NCBI GenBank assembly: GCA_964035545.1
Contig: OZ037765.1
Coordinates: forward strand, 6,706,698 to 6,770,697
DNA length: 64,000 nucleotides
Origin: Bugula neritina
Lineage: Eukaryota; Animalia; Bryozoa
Direction: 5' to 3'
Shown here: piece by piece, positions 50,234 to 64,000 of the stretch
Layout of the letters: each line of letters opens with the position of its first letter
How positions within the stretch are numbered: the first letter of the stretch is position 1
Program-made: the position numbers and the translations under genes
Notes under the pieces: model-generated
Database searches by the model: none
What the model saw: the letters and a program-made list of their open reading frames with translations, nothing else
What the model was told of the DNA's origin: nothing

Positions 50234-53200
50234 ATGAATGCCATCAGCCTCATTCCAATTTTCGGCTCTGCGTTTGCTGCCTTAGCCTTTCTTACCGCAT
50301 ACATAGTTGCTGTCTTTAGGGGAGATGTTTACCCTTGGTGGCCTTACATCAGGTGAGAATAAAGTTCAAGGTAAAATATAGACAACCGATTATAGACATT
50401 TTATCTATTGTCAATCCTTTAAATCCATCTACAAAGATGCATGTACATCCGCCTTAATGCTTGTTGTTTTGCTAAATTATTATTCTATTCATTATGCTAT
50501 TATTATTTGTTGTTAACAAACTTCTATGTAAGTGACAAGTTATCTTGTAATTCTATGCAACTTAAGCTGAATGTTCCTTAGCTTAAAACATTGTAAGTTG
50601 CAACTATATTGGTACAACTAAACATTGCAATATAGTAATTGAAAAGTTTATCAACTAATGGAGCAAAAACCCTTAGCAACTGATGATATTGTAGCAAAGC
50701 TTGTGTGTATTCACATTAGAAGCCAAGCTTTCTATATTTGTTGATTAGCATCAGCCAGTATAATCTAGAATGTAGATTGTAGAGCATAGACAATGAGTAT
50801 ATTATGGTGTAATACGGGATGCTGTATGCTATTTATAGCGATACTGGGACGACAATTCCCGAGAGCTGCATATTTGGTGAACTATTAACACTAACTGCGG
50901 TATTTGGTAAGTTATGTACTAATGTGGGTACATGTATACCAGTGATGTAATACCAAAACATACCACCAGTTTATGCTGTTGCACCTAATAGCTGACTAAC
51001 CTCCACTCATGCTGTTCAAGGAGCTAGCCGTTCAACAATATCATTATTCTCTTCCAACATTCATTATCAGAGCAAAAAATCAATGACTAGGTGCTGAAAA
51101 CATGCTATTGTGGGTTACTGCTAAAGGATGGTTTTAAAGCAATTTACTCTAAATTGAGCACTGTACTGCTTCTGCTGCCATTAACTTGCTAACTCAGTAC
51201 TTTAAGACTAGCTTTAGGTGATAAGATTTTCTAACTTCATTATATTATAATACAGTGATGGAAATGATTATATTGTTATATACAGTATTGAACATTTTTA
51301 TGCCAGTAAAGATATTGATTGAAGCATCTCATTGTTGAAGCAGTATAAGACAATACACAGCAGAAATTATTGCGCAATGATTAGTAGGTGAATTCTTAGG
51401 AAACCAATTCCATACTTTAATAATTAAAGTGAGCATATTTCTACTTGATGTACCTAGAAAGCCATGATCTTTTCTCTTGTATGTATATTTTATTCCTCGG
51501 TAGCAGCCATTTTATTCTGTATATAATAGATTACTATTAAAAGTAAATGTAATACATGTAACATAATACAATACTTCCCTGTTGATAAAATGCAGTAAAT
51601 TATTTTACTTGCAGCTTCCATCGCCATGGTGATTAGATACAAATGGGTAGAGTCCTTTAACCACGGGATGAAACTACTACAAAACTTGAACTCAGCAGCT
51701 CTGGTTACTGGCCTAATATCGTGTGTAGGCATGACTATGGTAGCTAACTTTGAGGTAGGGGAACAATCCTGTAATGTAATTCAATTATTAGGCAGTTGTG
51801 TTCTACCTTTCTCGACTAGCAATCATTATGTATTGTTTTAATGTTTATATGGCTGGAAAAGTGAGTGTATATAGCAAAACTATACATCTCAATGCAGTCG
51901 AGCTGGCTCCTATTATATGTAGTTATTGTACTGTTAGTAGTACTGTTAGTAGTACTGTTAGTAGTACTGCTACTAGTGCTGTTAGTAGTACTGCTAGTAG
52001 TACTGTTGGTATTACTTTTAGTAGTACTGTTAGTATTACTGTTGGTAGTACTGTTAGTAGTACGGTTAGTTGTACTGCTAGTAGTACTGTTAGTAGTACT
52101 GTTAGTATTACTACTGGTAGTAATGCTAGTGGTACTGTTAGCAGCACTGTTAGTAGCACTGCTAGTAGTACTGCGAGTAGTGCTGTTATAGTAGAACTGC
52201 TAGTGGTACTGTTAGTAATTGCCTAAGCCCCAAGGAAAGTGATTTCCAGGAAATAGTGTGTTAATGAGTTCTGACTAGCATGAAACTGTTATTAGTGACA
52301 ATGGAAGGAGAATATATAATGGCTCACTATTGTAATATCAACTATATGTGCTTATATAGTAGCTAATAACAAACTATAGGCTATATCGCCTTCTCAAGAG
52401 ACATGCTTTATTTACGTAATGCACTTGCTTGCACTTTTTCTTAGAAAGTCTGCTTATAATATTTAGAAGTGAGTTAATGAGAACAAACTTTGCAGTTGTT
52501 ATTCATTTGCAAATACTAAGTTATTGTATCGAGCAAATTCCTAAAACTATAATTAGAGATTCTCAATAATATTTGTTTTATTTAAACCCTGCTCCTTTTT
52601 GGGAGCTAAAAATTTTTGGTTTTGTAACACAGCCTATATTTATTGTGTGATAAAAAGAGTAGTGTGTTGATGTTTGTATTTGTTATTGTTTATCTTAGTT
52701 TGCTTCACTGAATATTGCTTTAGTAGAGGAACTATGACTTATCATGTCCCAAAGACCTGTTAATCTATCATCAATCAATATTCTGAAACATCCTCTCCTC
52801 TGACATTCTTTAATCTTATCCAGCTGTGTAGGTGCTGGATGACTGTTACATTGTATTAATGCTTCTGGTAGTCGGATAATTAGCACTAATTTATTATGAG
52901 TTTGATATTTCCTGAAAGGCATTCTATTAGTTTGAAGTATTAACCTCCCCCAGGTCACATTAAAGCAGTTGAAATAGTTCAGTCAAATGTGAGCAGGAAA
53001 AAAATATTAAAGATAAGGGGAGAAAAAATTGAGTTTTATGTACATTTTCATTCCAAAAAATGATTTATGTAAAGTTTTTGATGGCTTTTAGTATAAAATG
53101 TAATATTTTTTTAAAGCATTGATGATCCAGGATATCAAAATTACCAATGAACCAAAAAAGTATCAAATCACCATTTTTATAATTTCCTCGTGTTTTCTTT

Positions 53201-55265
53201 TAATCTTTTCTCACCGTTTAAACTACAAACAAAATAAAACACAAATAAAGCAGTGCATATAATAATACAAAATTAGTATAGTATATAGTATGTAATTATA
53301 TGCAATTGGGGTTGTGTTATGTTACAGGAAACGAGCATTCGAGCTGTTCATTTCCCCAGCTCTGCAACCACATTCGGAATGGGAATTGTTTACAATTTCA
53401 TGCATACAGAAATCACGAGAAGAATGTCTCCCAAGTATAGTAGCACCTGTGTTTGGATCTACCGCCTCATAATCAGCGTGATGGGACTTCTTTCATTTGG
53501 TCTCTGTGAGTATAGACTCAATGATTCTAAGGAAACCATACTGCAAATGGTGGAAACTTGACTATTTATAATTTTTTTGTAGTTCTGACCATTCTAACCA
53601 ATTATACATGTATGGAATTAAAACATTCTCTGTGCTTAGAGATGAACTTATCTCTATTATTAATTTTCTAAATATTCTGAACTTATTGGTCAAAAACATA
53701 CCAGCCATGTTGCTTTCCCAACAAAAGTTTGCTTTATACTGTTCAGTATTGACCCTGCAGGGTTTAGAATTTAGATGGTTGTAACCACTTTAAAATAATA
53801 GATAAATAATTAATAGTAATGGAATAGTGCAGATTTACTAGATAAAAGTACTCTAGGCATATAAGGTTAACTTTTCATGTCATCTTTATGATTGCTGTTG
53901 AAAAATATGCTAATGGTTGTAGAGATAGTTGCTTCATTCTAAAGTGGTGACAATTTATTTGACAAATACTGCTAACATATTGTCACTATTTTGTAGAACA
54001 AGCTTTTATATATATTATATTTACTTTTAGTATACGGGTTTGGCATTAGCGCTGAGATAAAAGGAAAAAAATGGTATGGAAATGACACTGCAAAGAAGTT
54101 GGAATGGAATCCGGAAGACCCTGTATGTTTCTAATATTATTTGATCTCACACTAGATTTTATATGATGTACAGCTTGTGTTATTTGATGCTCTACTGGCT
54201 AAATCTATAATAGTGATTATCATAGTACATCAGGTTCTACTGCTAGTTTATTTGCATTTGTAGTGTTGGTTCAGACATCATAAGTGTGCTGTGTATGCCT
54301 AATTTAACTGCAGGTCAACTGGATCAATTTCAGCGTGGTGAATTTTTATAGGCTAATGTTGCTATTATTGGTGATATTTTTTATCAAGTTTTTCAGGTAA
54401 CATTAAGCAGCAAAGTTTTATTAATATATTTAGCAACGCACTTGTGTTTACTAGTATGTTAAAAAATCACACTGCAGCAGTAGTAAGCATTCCACTAGCT
54501 GCTAGCAGCTGAATATACCAGATACTTTAAATATGATAATTAAATGTCAATAAATGTTTCAGTATAATGAAGCGTTATGCTAAATAAAATACTTACCCTG
54601 GAGAATCACTACTGAATAATTGTGCTAATTAAATTATCAGTCTGAGATAACTTGTAATTATCATTTATGCTTCTTCAGAGAACAATATCATTTTATATGC
54701 AATGGAATTTTTAAAACCTACATAGGAGTATTTACTTTTGGATATAAAGGTGTGTTCTGATGGGCTATCCTTTTTTATAAGCTGAAGCTACAACACTCTG
54801 CGTCATCCATAACTCAGCATCTCCAGTTGGTGCAAGTGATCCAAAAAATTATACTTTGTGTTGAGGTAGGTGCAGTAATGAAGAAATTGAGAGAGGCCTT
54901 CTAGACTAGAAATGTCGAAAAAGAAGTTATGTTGTCGGAATAATTTCAACCTGCGCCCCAAACCAAAATTTATAAAGAAATTTAAAAAGCTTGGGCTATC
55001 TCAATTTCTCTACTACTGCTCCTAAATGTTTGTTAACCTCTTAATTCAGCAAATACATGTAGGAGTATTTTTGTATGCTTTACAGGGCTGGGGACTGCAT
55101 CTGGCTTCAGCTGTTAGTGAATGGATCATAGGACTTTCAGTCATACTCTTCTTCCTTACATTCACGTTTGAATTTGGAAAAATCAAGTTGAGGTTAGTGG
55201 CCGAGGCTGTGAATTCTCCACCTGCACAAAGAGAGGTTAATGAGACGTCCCCTCTTATCACGTAA
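50234..55265 (+). CDS. DRAM-like paralog 5 (old, divergent), 258 aa
   Basis: Exons 50234-50352, 50839-50906, 51615-51754, 53328-53505, 54031-54122, 55086-55265, with the same intron phases and 68/140/178-nt internal exons as copies 1-4. Motifs: WPYISDTG, PESCIFG, VANFE, VHF, HLASAVSEW; tail ETSPLI. Confidence 0.93.
51927..52216. repeat. 12-bp minisatellite (gtactgttagta)n
   Basis: ~24 degenerate units; explains the STVS and VVLL low-complexity ORFs. Confidence 0.92.
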
Positions 55266-56601
55266 CTCCTGGATTAGAATAATGCCTCAGTCTACTCTAT
55301 GACTGTATCAATGCAACAGATTTTATTTTAAAGTACAATACAGCAATTGACTCAGGGTTGTTGATAGGAATCTCTAGTTGGTAAACTGTTCCTTCGATCA
55401 CTGCTGAAAGTTAGAATGTTCTATTAACTCTATAATCTGTTCCAGAGCTCCACAGTATTAGTGTGTTATAAGGCTATAGGGAAAACTTTTACTAATATTA
55501 TGATGCTATGTGCAAAGCAAGCTATGGAGTGTATGGAATTACAATAAATATTTTTATATTCTTGATAGTAACCACATTTTAATAAGAAATAATTATTTAA
55601 CTTTATATAGGGATAACATACTGCCATTTGTATTTCTGATGAGGAATACAAAATTAGTTTTTAAGTAATATTTTTTTATACATGATTATTTGTAATTATT
55701 GTGTCTTGAGATGGTTAAGTTCAAATAAAATATTATGACACACAATAAGTCTATGTGGTTTTGTGGGAATAAACACGTTCAAGTTTTGACTTGCTCCTAT
55801 GATTACTGAATGTGTAGACAGTTGTGTTAATGATAAAAGCAACAACTATTACTTATTGTGGCAGCCAGGGTTACCATAATAAGCAAACAAAGAATTAATA
55901 TTATTTTAGTACGAAAGCACCCTGCTAGGGTAGGTCAATGACCGCATTGATTTCTCTGGTACTATATTATGCAAATGCCCGTATGACCTATTTTAATGAG
56001 CGTTGCTAAATACTTGTACTGTTCAGGCATCAAAATACTGCTATGGTAACATTTTATACCAACAATTTATTTTTAGGAAAGCCAGAATTTAGATGGTAGT
56101 TGTTGCAACAGTAAATGTCAGTTCAATGCCCATGTAATTAGCAAACAACCTGTAAGCCAATCAAAAACATATTGAAGCCTACACTAAAATTTATTAAAAT
56201 ATAAACTTAAGAAAATAGCCTATATCCACTATGTACATATTCAGAAAAGTTACATTGATTGTGCACTACTACCTAATGGACTACACAACCCCTCCCAAAC
56301 CCTTACAGATCTTCCCAACTTACATTAAGTGCCCAAATCCCTCTAACAATGCAGGTCTTAAGTAGAAAATTGTAAAATGGACAGGTAAACTCATAGAAAC
56401 TGCTTGTTTAATGAATTAAGATAAGCAGACGAAGTAAACATGCAGATTAACCAAAGAGTTGAAGCAGTTCCCCAGAGAGCAAGCTGCCAGAGAGAGATGG
56501 CGAGGCAGCTGCACCACTCCAATGCTGTCGCATGACTCTGTGACCCACTGAGAAAGCTAGCAAGCAGCTATAGTATCATGATGATGTCGCAGTCAAGTCT
56601 G

Positions 56602-59600
56602 TCACATCATGTCTATTGAACCATTAGTCTGTGTGGTTGGAAGAGCAGTGCAATTCTTACTACTGTCTGTCTTAAGGGAGTCATTGATATCTCTTCGGAA
56701 CTCAGACAGATTCTGAGTGAACCTACAATTAAACCAACGATGAAATAAAATACTGAAAAACAAACCCAATGAGCTGAACTGGCAGTATATGGACGTTGTA
56801 CTAATTCCGAGCCTCTACAAATTAATGCTGACATTTTTATTTCATCTTAAGAACCAAAAGTAATTCAGCAGAATGTCAAAGTATGAAGTGAATCGAATGC
56901 TTCCACTTGTTTCTCATACTAAGAAAGCTGGTTCAAGCTGCTTTCACATACTTATCCCTGTTCTTAGACAGTAAGCTGTACTCTATGCCTTTCATCAGTG
57001 TTGTGAAACATCTTTCCATAGCAGCTTGTTTATCCAATGGCTGCCGAGTTATAATGTTTGTTCTGAGCTCACCAAAGTACTGTAGAAAAAGACACACAAA
57101 GATAAAACTCCAGCAATGCTAACAAAAATATTGGGGAAGAAATATGCATAAAACTTCCATCGGATAATGTGTGCATGCTCAAGGAAAATACCACGGAGGT
57201 CTGGGAAGTACACAAACACAGTAGTGATATTTAAATTCTTACAAAGATGGTAAACATTTTAAAGAGAAGTAAATTTAGTTCTTTAGTTAAAGAACAAGCC
57301 TCAACCTAATTCGACTATCAGAAAAACCATGCGAATTGTAGCACATGCTGCGTCACCAAAGGCTTATTCAAATAAGATAATCAGCAAAGAGCATTTTCTA
57401 TGTTTAGAGTAAATTTACTATGTTTAGAGAGCACTTGCTAGGAGAAGGGAAAAGCCAATTAGTGTTTGGATTACTGAGTTTAGGTCAACTATAGAGATAT
57501 GTTATATCTATGTGGTCACCATCACAACTGGCCAAGGTACACATCTGATAATAATGCATGTCTCTAACTACTTCATTATGTGCTTGAACTTATAAACCTG
57601 TCCCAATATCAGTTTCAAAAACCATATTTATTCAAACACAATGTGTTGAAACATTCATCAGAGATAGTGCTGAGCAAGATATAGCTTCCATTTAGTTCTA
57701 TAAAATGTCATGGTCACTAGTTTATTAAAATAACTTTTAGGAGGTCAGCTGCTAAAGGTCCACAAACTATGATGGCTTAAGAGTTATTCCTTTGAGTTAA
57801 TATGCTTTGAAACTTTTGACTTTAGAATCTTTCACTTGGTGTTAACAGTTATTGGAATCTTACACAACAAGCGCTAATAGCTAAAAGAGCAAAAATTCCA
57901 AATTCTAACTTGCTTTAACTGTCACATTAGTTAGTATAAACAAAGCCAATCATGTGAAATAGCCCAAGTTCTAAAGGCAAAACTACAAACACTACTATCA
58001 TTACTGTGACAGCTAGTTTTAATAAAAGACTATTTTTAATTTTAATAACTTGTAATAACCGACAAAAAGCTAAAAATTTTGAAAAGAAACTTTTTTTAAC
58101 GAAAACAAAAGTTAAATCTTTACTATTGTTTTTAATAAAATTAAAAGCTAAATCAATAAGCCTTTTCAGTCAACAAGTTTAAAAACTGAGCATTTAACCA
58201 TTATAGTTGTTTGGATACTTTGAGTAATAAACTTAACAGTTGCCATTATTTTACATTAAAAGCAATGTAGGAAATTTTAATAGTGTTCTTGATTTTAACC
58301 CAAATGATATTAATAAATTGCCTGGTTGAAAAAAAAACATCAACACAATTTTAGTCTACTATGCTCATCAACCCCATTTCAAACCACCATCCCTACTTCC
58401 ACCTGTGAAAGCCATGAATACAATACTACCACAACACCAGTGAACTAATTACAATATATGCCAATGACCTGAAACTAAATGGTATGAAGCAAGTCGTCAG
58501 CACAAACCTTGTCATTCAGCAAAATAAGACCTAGCAACGGCCTTGACATAGACCACTGATTTCTACAGTCTTCAAACATAATAATATTGAGCACAGTACC
58601 TAGCATCTACAATGGAGGCAGAATAATGTTTGGATGACAAATTTACAGGGTACAAAAATATATATATATAAAATATAAAAACATAATTTAGTTATTTCTC
58701 TAGTAAACTGGACTACTTTGAGAACTTGGTGTAATTAGTTTGCAAGTGTTATATAAATAGACACACACTAATAGGAATGATTAACTTAAATATAATATTT
58801 TATAGTCAAAACATAACTCGAAATACATTTCCAACATGAAGATTAGAATTCTATAGCTTTTTCTTACAAATTTTCACCACATAAAAACAGAATACAAAGC
58901 TCTTTATGTTATGGACTGCCATATTTAGAAATATCCTACTCCAGCCAGTGTTATGTCAATTGCATTATACACTCCACGAGTAAGTAAATAGCAACCTGCT
59001 GCAATATCTGAGGTCTGGTCTCCAATATCTGGACTAGGGAATCACCGTTAGCCATGCCATTGACTTCTTGAGAAGACTTTTTCTTGGTGACTCTTTTAAA
59101 GAGGAAGGAGACGATATTATCGAGTATAGAACAGCACCCAGTGCTTACCAGTGTGTCTGCAAGTACACCAACACGCATATTTAACAGAGGGCTTTATGCC
59201 TAGTCACACTACAGCAAAGCCTGAACTATCTGATTTCAAACAGCTAGCTTAGAGCTGTAGTCCGAATGGGGCATAAATGAGATAACATCGCAATGGCCTT
59301 GGGTTTAGGTGAAAAACACAAGTTTGCAATAGAAGATGCAGCTATTGCTTTCTTACTGTCGTTTCTGTGAAGATGCAGGCCTATATGACCCTAAAGATCA
59401 TCAGTACTTCGCCCTACCATCAGTTGAAACAGCTCCCAGTTAAAAATACGAGTCAAAGCATGAATCATAGCCAAGAAGTTAAACTGTTTTTGAGATTAGA
59501 CATTGACCCCATACAGTACCCATCAGTACGACATACCAAACGCTGATAAGCCATCAGATATAGTGGAGAGTATGTAGAGAAAGACATCTGGCTCCAAGTT

Positions 59601-62040
59601 GCTCACAAAGGACATGTGATCAGAGGCCAAACACTCTAGCAAAGCGTAGTAAGATTGGCTCAACTTGGGGTATTGCTGTAATAGGAGAGGATAAAGATTA
59701 GCTGCAAGTCCGATGTGTGTTACAATAGTACATAGGTCGGATAAACAAGGGTAATATCCAAAATACTAAAGTTGTGATAAGGTTGAATAGAAAAATCGAT
59801 TAAGAGATTACAGAACCAAATAATCAACAGCAGCTGCTAAATAAAACTCAAACCGCAATAGCTGAGCTCAAAAATTTACAACTCAACATAAGATTATAAT
59901 AAGATCAACCATAAAAAATTCAGTCACAATCCATCCAAAAATCAGATATCTATAAGAGGGGGTGGGGGTGACATTACGGTCTTGCATTGCATAAAGCCAT
60001 GATGACAACATAGCTAAAGATCCTTAAATTATGTAGGTCGTAGATGAAACTGAGCCCTAATGAATCAGGAAGGATTTGAATCACCAGTACTGCACAGTAT
60101 GTTTATGCTAAACAAGTGCCTCCCTCTACTTAATATACTCTGTACAAACTTTTTAACAATAAGACTGGCCCAGTGAAAATACTAGATTTTATTCCAAGGC
60201 TCCATATGGTTTGTGAGACGAATTTTTTCATAAGTTGGTTAGCAATTTTGATCGAAATATTGTTTGAAGCAAAGTCTATTTATGCAATTTTTCAAAACAC
60301 AATCCAATTCAACTTTAGGAACGTACATATTGGATATTGCAAATTTCAGCGTACAGAACGATTTTTGTGCCACTTCATTTGACATGAACATTTCAATATG
60401 ATGGTAGTCCCAACATTATTATGACCTGGAACAAGGAGTAGGGTTTGAGCTGACCACTGCAAACAGGTCTGAGCTCTACTATGCTATACATATATTTTCC
60501 ACCCAGACTGATGAATTACTGACCAATATTTCCGCTTGTTGAATGGACACCAACATTTTGACAAAAATCTCCAGTGAATCGTCGAGAGCTCGGTCGCCAT
60601 AAAGACGAATGACGCCAAAGTTGACGTAGTTACCACACAGCGCTGCCTTGAGCATGTTGAAACAGATGGAGAGACCCTTGAGCTTCATTGTGTACAGCTG
60701 CTCCTTTGGTAAATGAGTCAAGGCTAGAATTCTAGAACCTACATATGAGAGTATTTCACAGAGAATAATTATACATGATTACAAAAAAATGTCAGTATTT
60801 TATAACTTGCATTACCTGGAACACAGAGTTGTTAGAAATATGCAAAAAATCACTAAAGGCATAATGCACATAGCATATAATTCAGGATATATTATACTGA
60901 CGAATAAATTAACTTCTAGTCTACACCATAACTTTATTATAATTTATGGCACTATAAATATATATAATATATATATATGCATACATACCGTAGGCAACTA
61001 GCATCTTGCTAATCTCTCTAAAGAGTAGAACACCATTAGGTGAGGACACGTCAAACTGTAGTCTCTGTGATCTACAAGATGGAGGAGAATATAAATCTAC
61101 ACAAGGATATGCCAACAGTCAGTTTTAATATGAAGACACTTTACAAGAGTAGACATTCACATTTCAGGGTGAGTATTAATTGTCAACCTGGCGTGGCTTA
61201 GCACGGCTAAGTTGGGTCACATTATAAAGACAACTACCCAACTAGTTCAGTCACTCGTGGAAACCCACTACGTTTCCAAGCTTCACAATAAATTTTTCAT
61301 TCGGTATTTGGAAACGAATGGTTCCATCAGCAGCTCTGATTTGAGGATGAATGAGTACAGCAGTTTGCGGTTGTTTAAGTTTGCAGTTGGGGTTTATTGA
61401 AACCCCAACTGCAAACTCCCGCAAAGTACTGCATTCATTCATCCTCAAATCAGAGCTGCTTATAGAATCATTCCTTGGAAACAGTTGCATTGAATGAAAC
61501 CACAACCATACGCCCAAGCAAACCGTAACCGCCAAATTCCTCGCTACAAGCAACCATTCCCATATAGCAAAAGTAACAGAAACACAGTGATGTAATCCAT
61601 TAGCCAGGTACCTGTTTTGAGCAAGTTCACACATCAGCTTGAGTATAGGGGTGGTGAGAGAAGGTTCATGGTACCACAACTCTATGCCTCGAAGTAGAAC
61701 TGGGAAGTAGTTCGGATACAGCCAATCGTACAGCATCATGTAACTGGTTTTGTTATTGAAGGCGTGCGCCACACCACGAAGGTCACGCGCCAGACCTATC
61801 AAAGACCTCTACAATAACAAAATGAGACATCGATATTGCTCCTACTGTCAATATAGAAACACGCAGACTAGCACAAAAACCCACATTAAATTGAAATGTC
61901 TTTTTCAAACACAAACATAGAACAGAGAAACAAAAAAACAGCTATCTATAATGTATAGAGATCTATTACCTTGCACTCTTCTGATCTAAACATGGGTGTT
62001 TCTGCTTGGTTCAACATCTGGGCAACAGCATCAAATGTGT
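56602..62040 (-). CDS. XPO7: Exportin-7 (RanBP16/17 family), C-terminal exons; gene starts outside the window
   Basis: Exons 62040-61970, 61808-61612, 61071-60989, 60738-60524, 59675-59537, 59156-58996, 58606-58508, 57079-56952, 56722-56602 in frame. Motifs: [83 protein letters not shown]; ends DMM-stop. Confidence 0.97.
61316..61473. repeat. Long imperfect palindrome (~75-bp arms, 4-nt loop) in an XPO7 intron
   Basis: agcagctctgatttgaggatgaatga...agtttgcagttggggttt-attg-aaaccccaactgcaaact...tcattcatcctcaaatcagagctgct. Confidence 0.9.
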
Positions 62041-63231
62041 CTAGAAAATATCACGTTCAGTTATAACTCTTGTCAAATCTGACTAGAAAAAGAAAAGTTA
62101 AATGACAATGTCGTGCTTCAACATGAAGGAAGAGCTTAGGATCGGTGCAGAGAGCGTATCCGACTGGTACACAACAGACTAGAGGTTAGAGTGGGGTCAG
62201 ACCTGCAACCAGTCATCTCCTGATCAATAGGTTTTAGTTGTTGATTAAAGTGGCACAAGCGGACTAAGTAAGGTGGAGGGTGTATAACACAGTCTGAGCC
62301 AATGCTTTGCGAGTCGAGTGTTAAATTATTACAAGATTGAGATGGACTGCAAGAAAGGCAGCTGCCAGAGTAGCGGGAGCAGCCTCAGCTACCTTAGTAC
62401 GAGATCCCATCTAATACATAGCAAATGGGTGTTTAGGCAAAGCTGGACATGAGCGGAAAGCCTCGATACGGCAGCCATGATCAGGGCACTTTTACTGAAA
62501 ATGAGAAAAATAGATTAATACTTCTGCATGAGAATTCTGGACCATAAACATGGCGGTGGCTTGGCTGTGAGAAGACTTTCCGCCCTTATCTGCAATATAT
62601 ACTCTTTAGAGCACCAAGCAAGCTGTATTTAAACTGTTAGGTAAAATATAGTGCAGAACAACAAAAAATCGTACTGTTTACGGCATGAGCACTAAGTCAG
62701 CAATTAAAGGGCAGCTTGGTGGGACAGATCACAAGAGCCTTTTAATATAAGAAACATTAGCATTAAACAGATTGACGGACAGAAATTAGACAACAGCCAA
62801 TTCAAAATTATACCAGACTAAAATGAGTTGGATAATGGTAAAAGCAAGGTAAAACTTCAAGACATGTGAAAACATTGAGCTAATCTATAAAAATTATTAT
62901 TGAAAAATTTGTGGGAGATTTAAAGGAAGACCACTTGCTGAGAGTGTCAGATTATATAATACATAAATACTGAACTTGCAATGGTTATCACCGAGTACAT
63001 GAGAGTACAACAGGAAAATGGCCGAAGCCCAGTCACTCACAAATACCACGTTAAGGTTCTACTAGCAGCAGGCCAATGTGGTTAATGCGCTGAGTAATGC
63101 AGTGGCCATTGAACACATACTAAGTGAGCCGCTGCAATATATTAACATAGATTAACATCAACTAAATAGATTATAACAAACTGTAAAGAAGTAGTAATAG
63201 TGGTGATAGTAAGCATGCACTGCCAACTCAC

Positions 63232-63261
63232 TTGAAAACGGAGCCAGAAACCTTGCTCCAG
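63232..63261 (-). other. Candidate 30-nt XPO7 microexon (xGARFLAPFS)
   Basis: Pyrimidine tract ending tttAG, 30 nt, then GTGAGT; phase 1/1 joins in frame to the exon at 62040. Confidence 0.5.
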
Positions 63262-64000
63262 CTAAATAGGGAGAGAATAAACAAAACAAAACCAAGAAGC
63301 AATAACTGTTTAATATAGAAACAATTGTGACAGTGTAGTTTATATTAAATTACATTAATTCTATTTCATATATGATTTAAGAGATTATACACAGCTGGTA
63401 CAGAGATGACTGTATCATTCATCAGTATGTAACTAGATGGAAGAATACACCTACACTTTTATAGGAGGGCAAAATATAGCACATAACGAAGCTTGTGGGT
63501 TTATTTTAACTGTTTGACATAAGTGAACATATATAATAGCTAAACCAAGGTCAGTATTGTATAATAATGAATCTAATGATCTAATGAATTTTTTTGAAGA
63601 AAATTTACACAACTTTCATTTGAAATGAAAAGAACACAAATCATTTAATATAACCTTGCCGAACAATAAATATAAATTCTGAGTTTCACTGGGAACTTGC
63701 TATGGGTGATGCCTTTATGCTATTTTAACACGGCAGATGGATGCTTTGGTATAACTCCTATCTATTTACACAGATTACAAACATAAACCAACTCAATTTT
63801 AATCAATTACCGAGTCTAGAAAATAGATACTGTACTGCAAAGCAAGGCTGCCCAGTTACATTTATGTAGTATTGAAACTTGAAGAAATTCCTGGCTGAAA
63901 CTCAAATACAACTTTGGAGCTGTTTATGCAAATACATTGGTTTTATAGTATTTTTTACAAGAATATTTTCAATTCATAAGTTTGGACAACCTGGTTTCGA

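Noticed and set aside
51798-52226. Ser/Thr-rich mucin-like and poly-Val/Leu ORFs
   Set aside because: Products of a 12-bp minisatellite inside a DRAM-5 intron; no splice context.
61251-61611. C-terminal extension of the 183-aa XPO7 ORF with a repeated [11 protein letters not shown] peptide on both strands
   Set aside because: Read-through into the intron past the donor at 61611; the peptide echo comes from the DNA palindrome.

Overview
AT-rich, intron-containing animal (invertebrate-type) genomic DNA; the species cannot be determined from the sequence alone. Gene order: 3' half of HMG-CoA reductase (+), a complete FUT10/11-type fucosyltransferase (-), EBP sterol isomerase (-), LAMTOR5 (+), five DRAM/TMEM150-family genes (+) and the 3' part of exportin-7 (-). 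I assembled all exon chains by hand from GT-AG sites and reading frame. Four DRAM copies are a recent tandem array (~19.9-48.5 kb); the fifth is an old paralog. All four recent copies keep open frames, splice sites, an N-glycosylation sequon and a C-terminal ExxxLL motif. Copies 2-4 are strongly diversified on the predicted luminal face and have lost family-conserved residues. The duplicated unit appears to put the promoter/leader exon of the old paralog in front of copy-1-type coding exons (an anti-Lepore-like chimera; inference). Introns carry a Penelope-like retroelement, three hammerhead ribozyme motifs (one inside an 81-bp-arm palindrome), tRNA-derived SINEs, solo LTRs, an RTE LINE fragment and several MITEs, many with target-site duplications and empty sites visible in sister copies.
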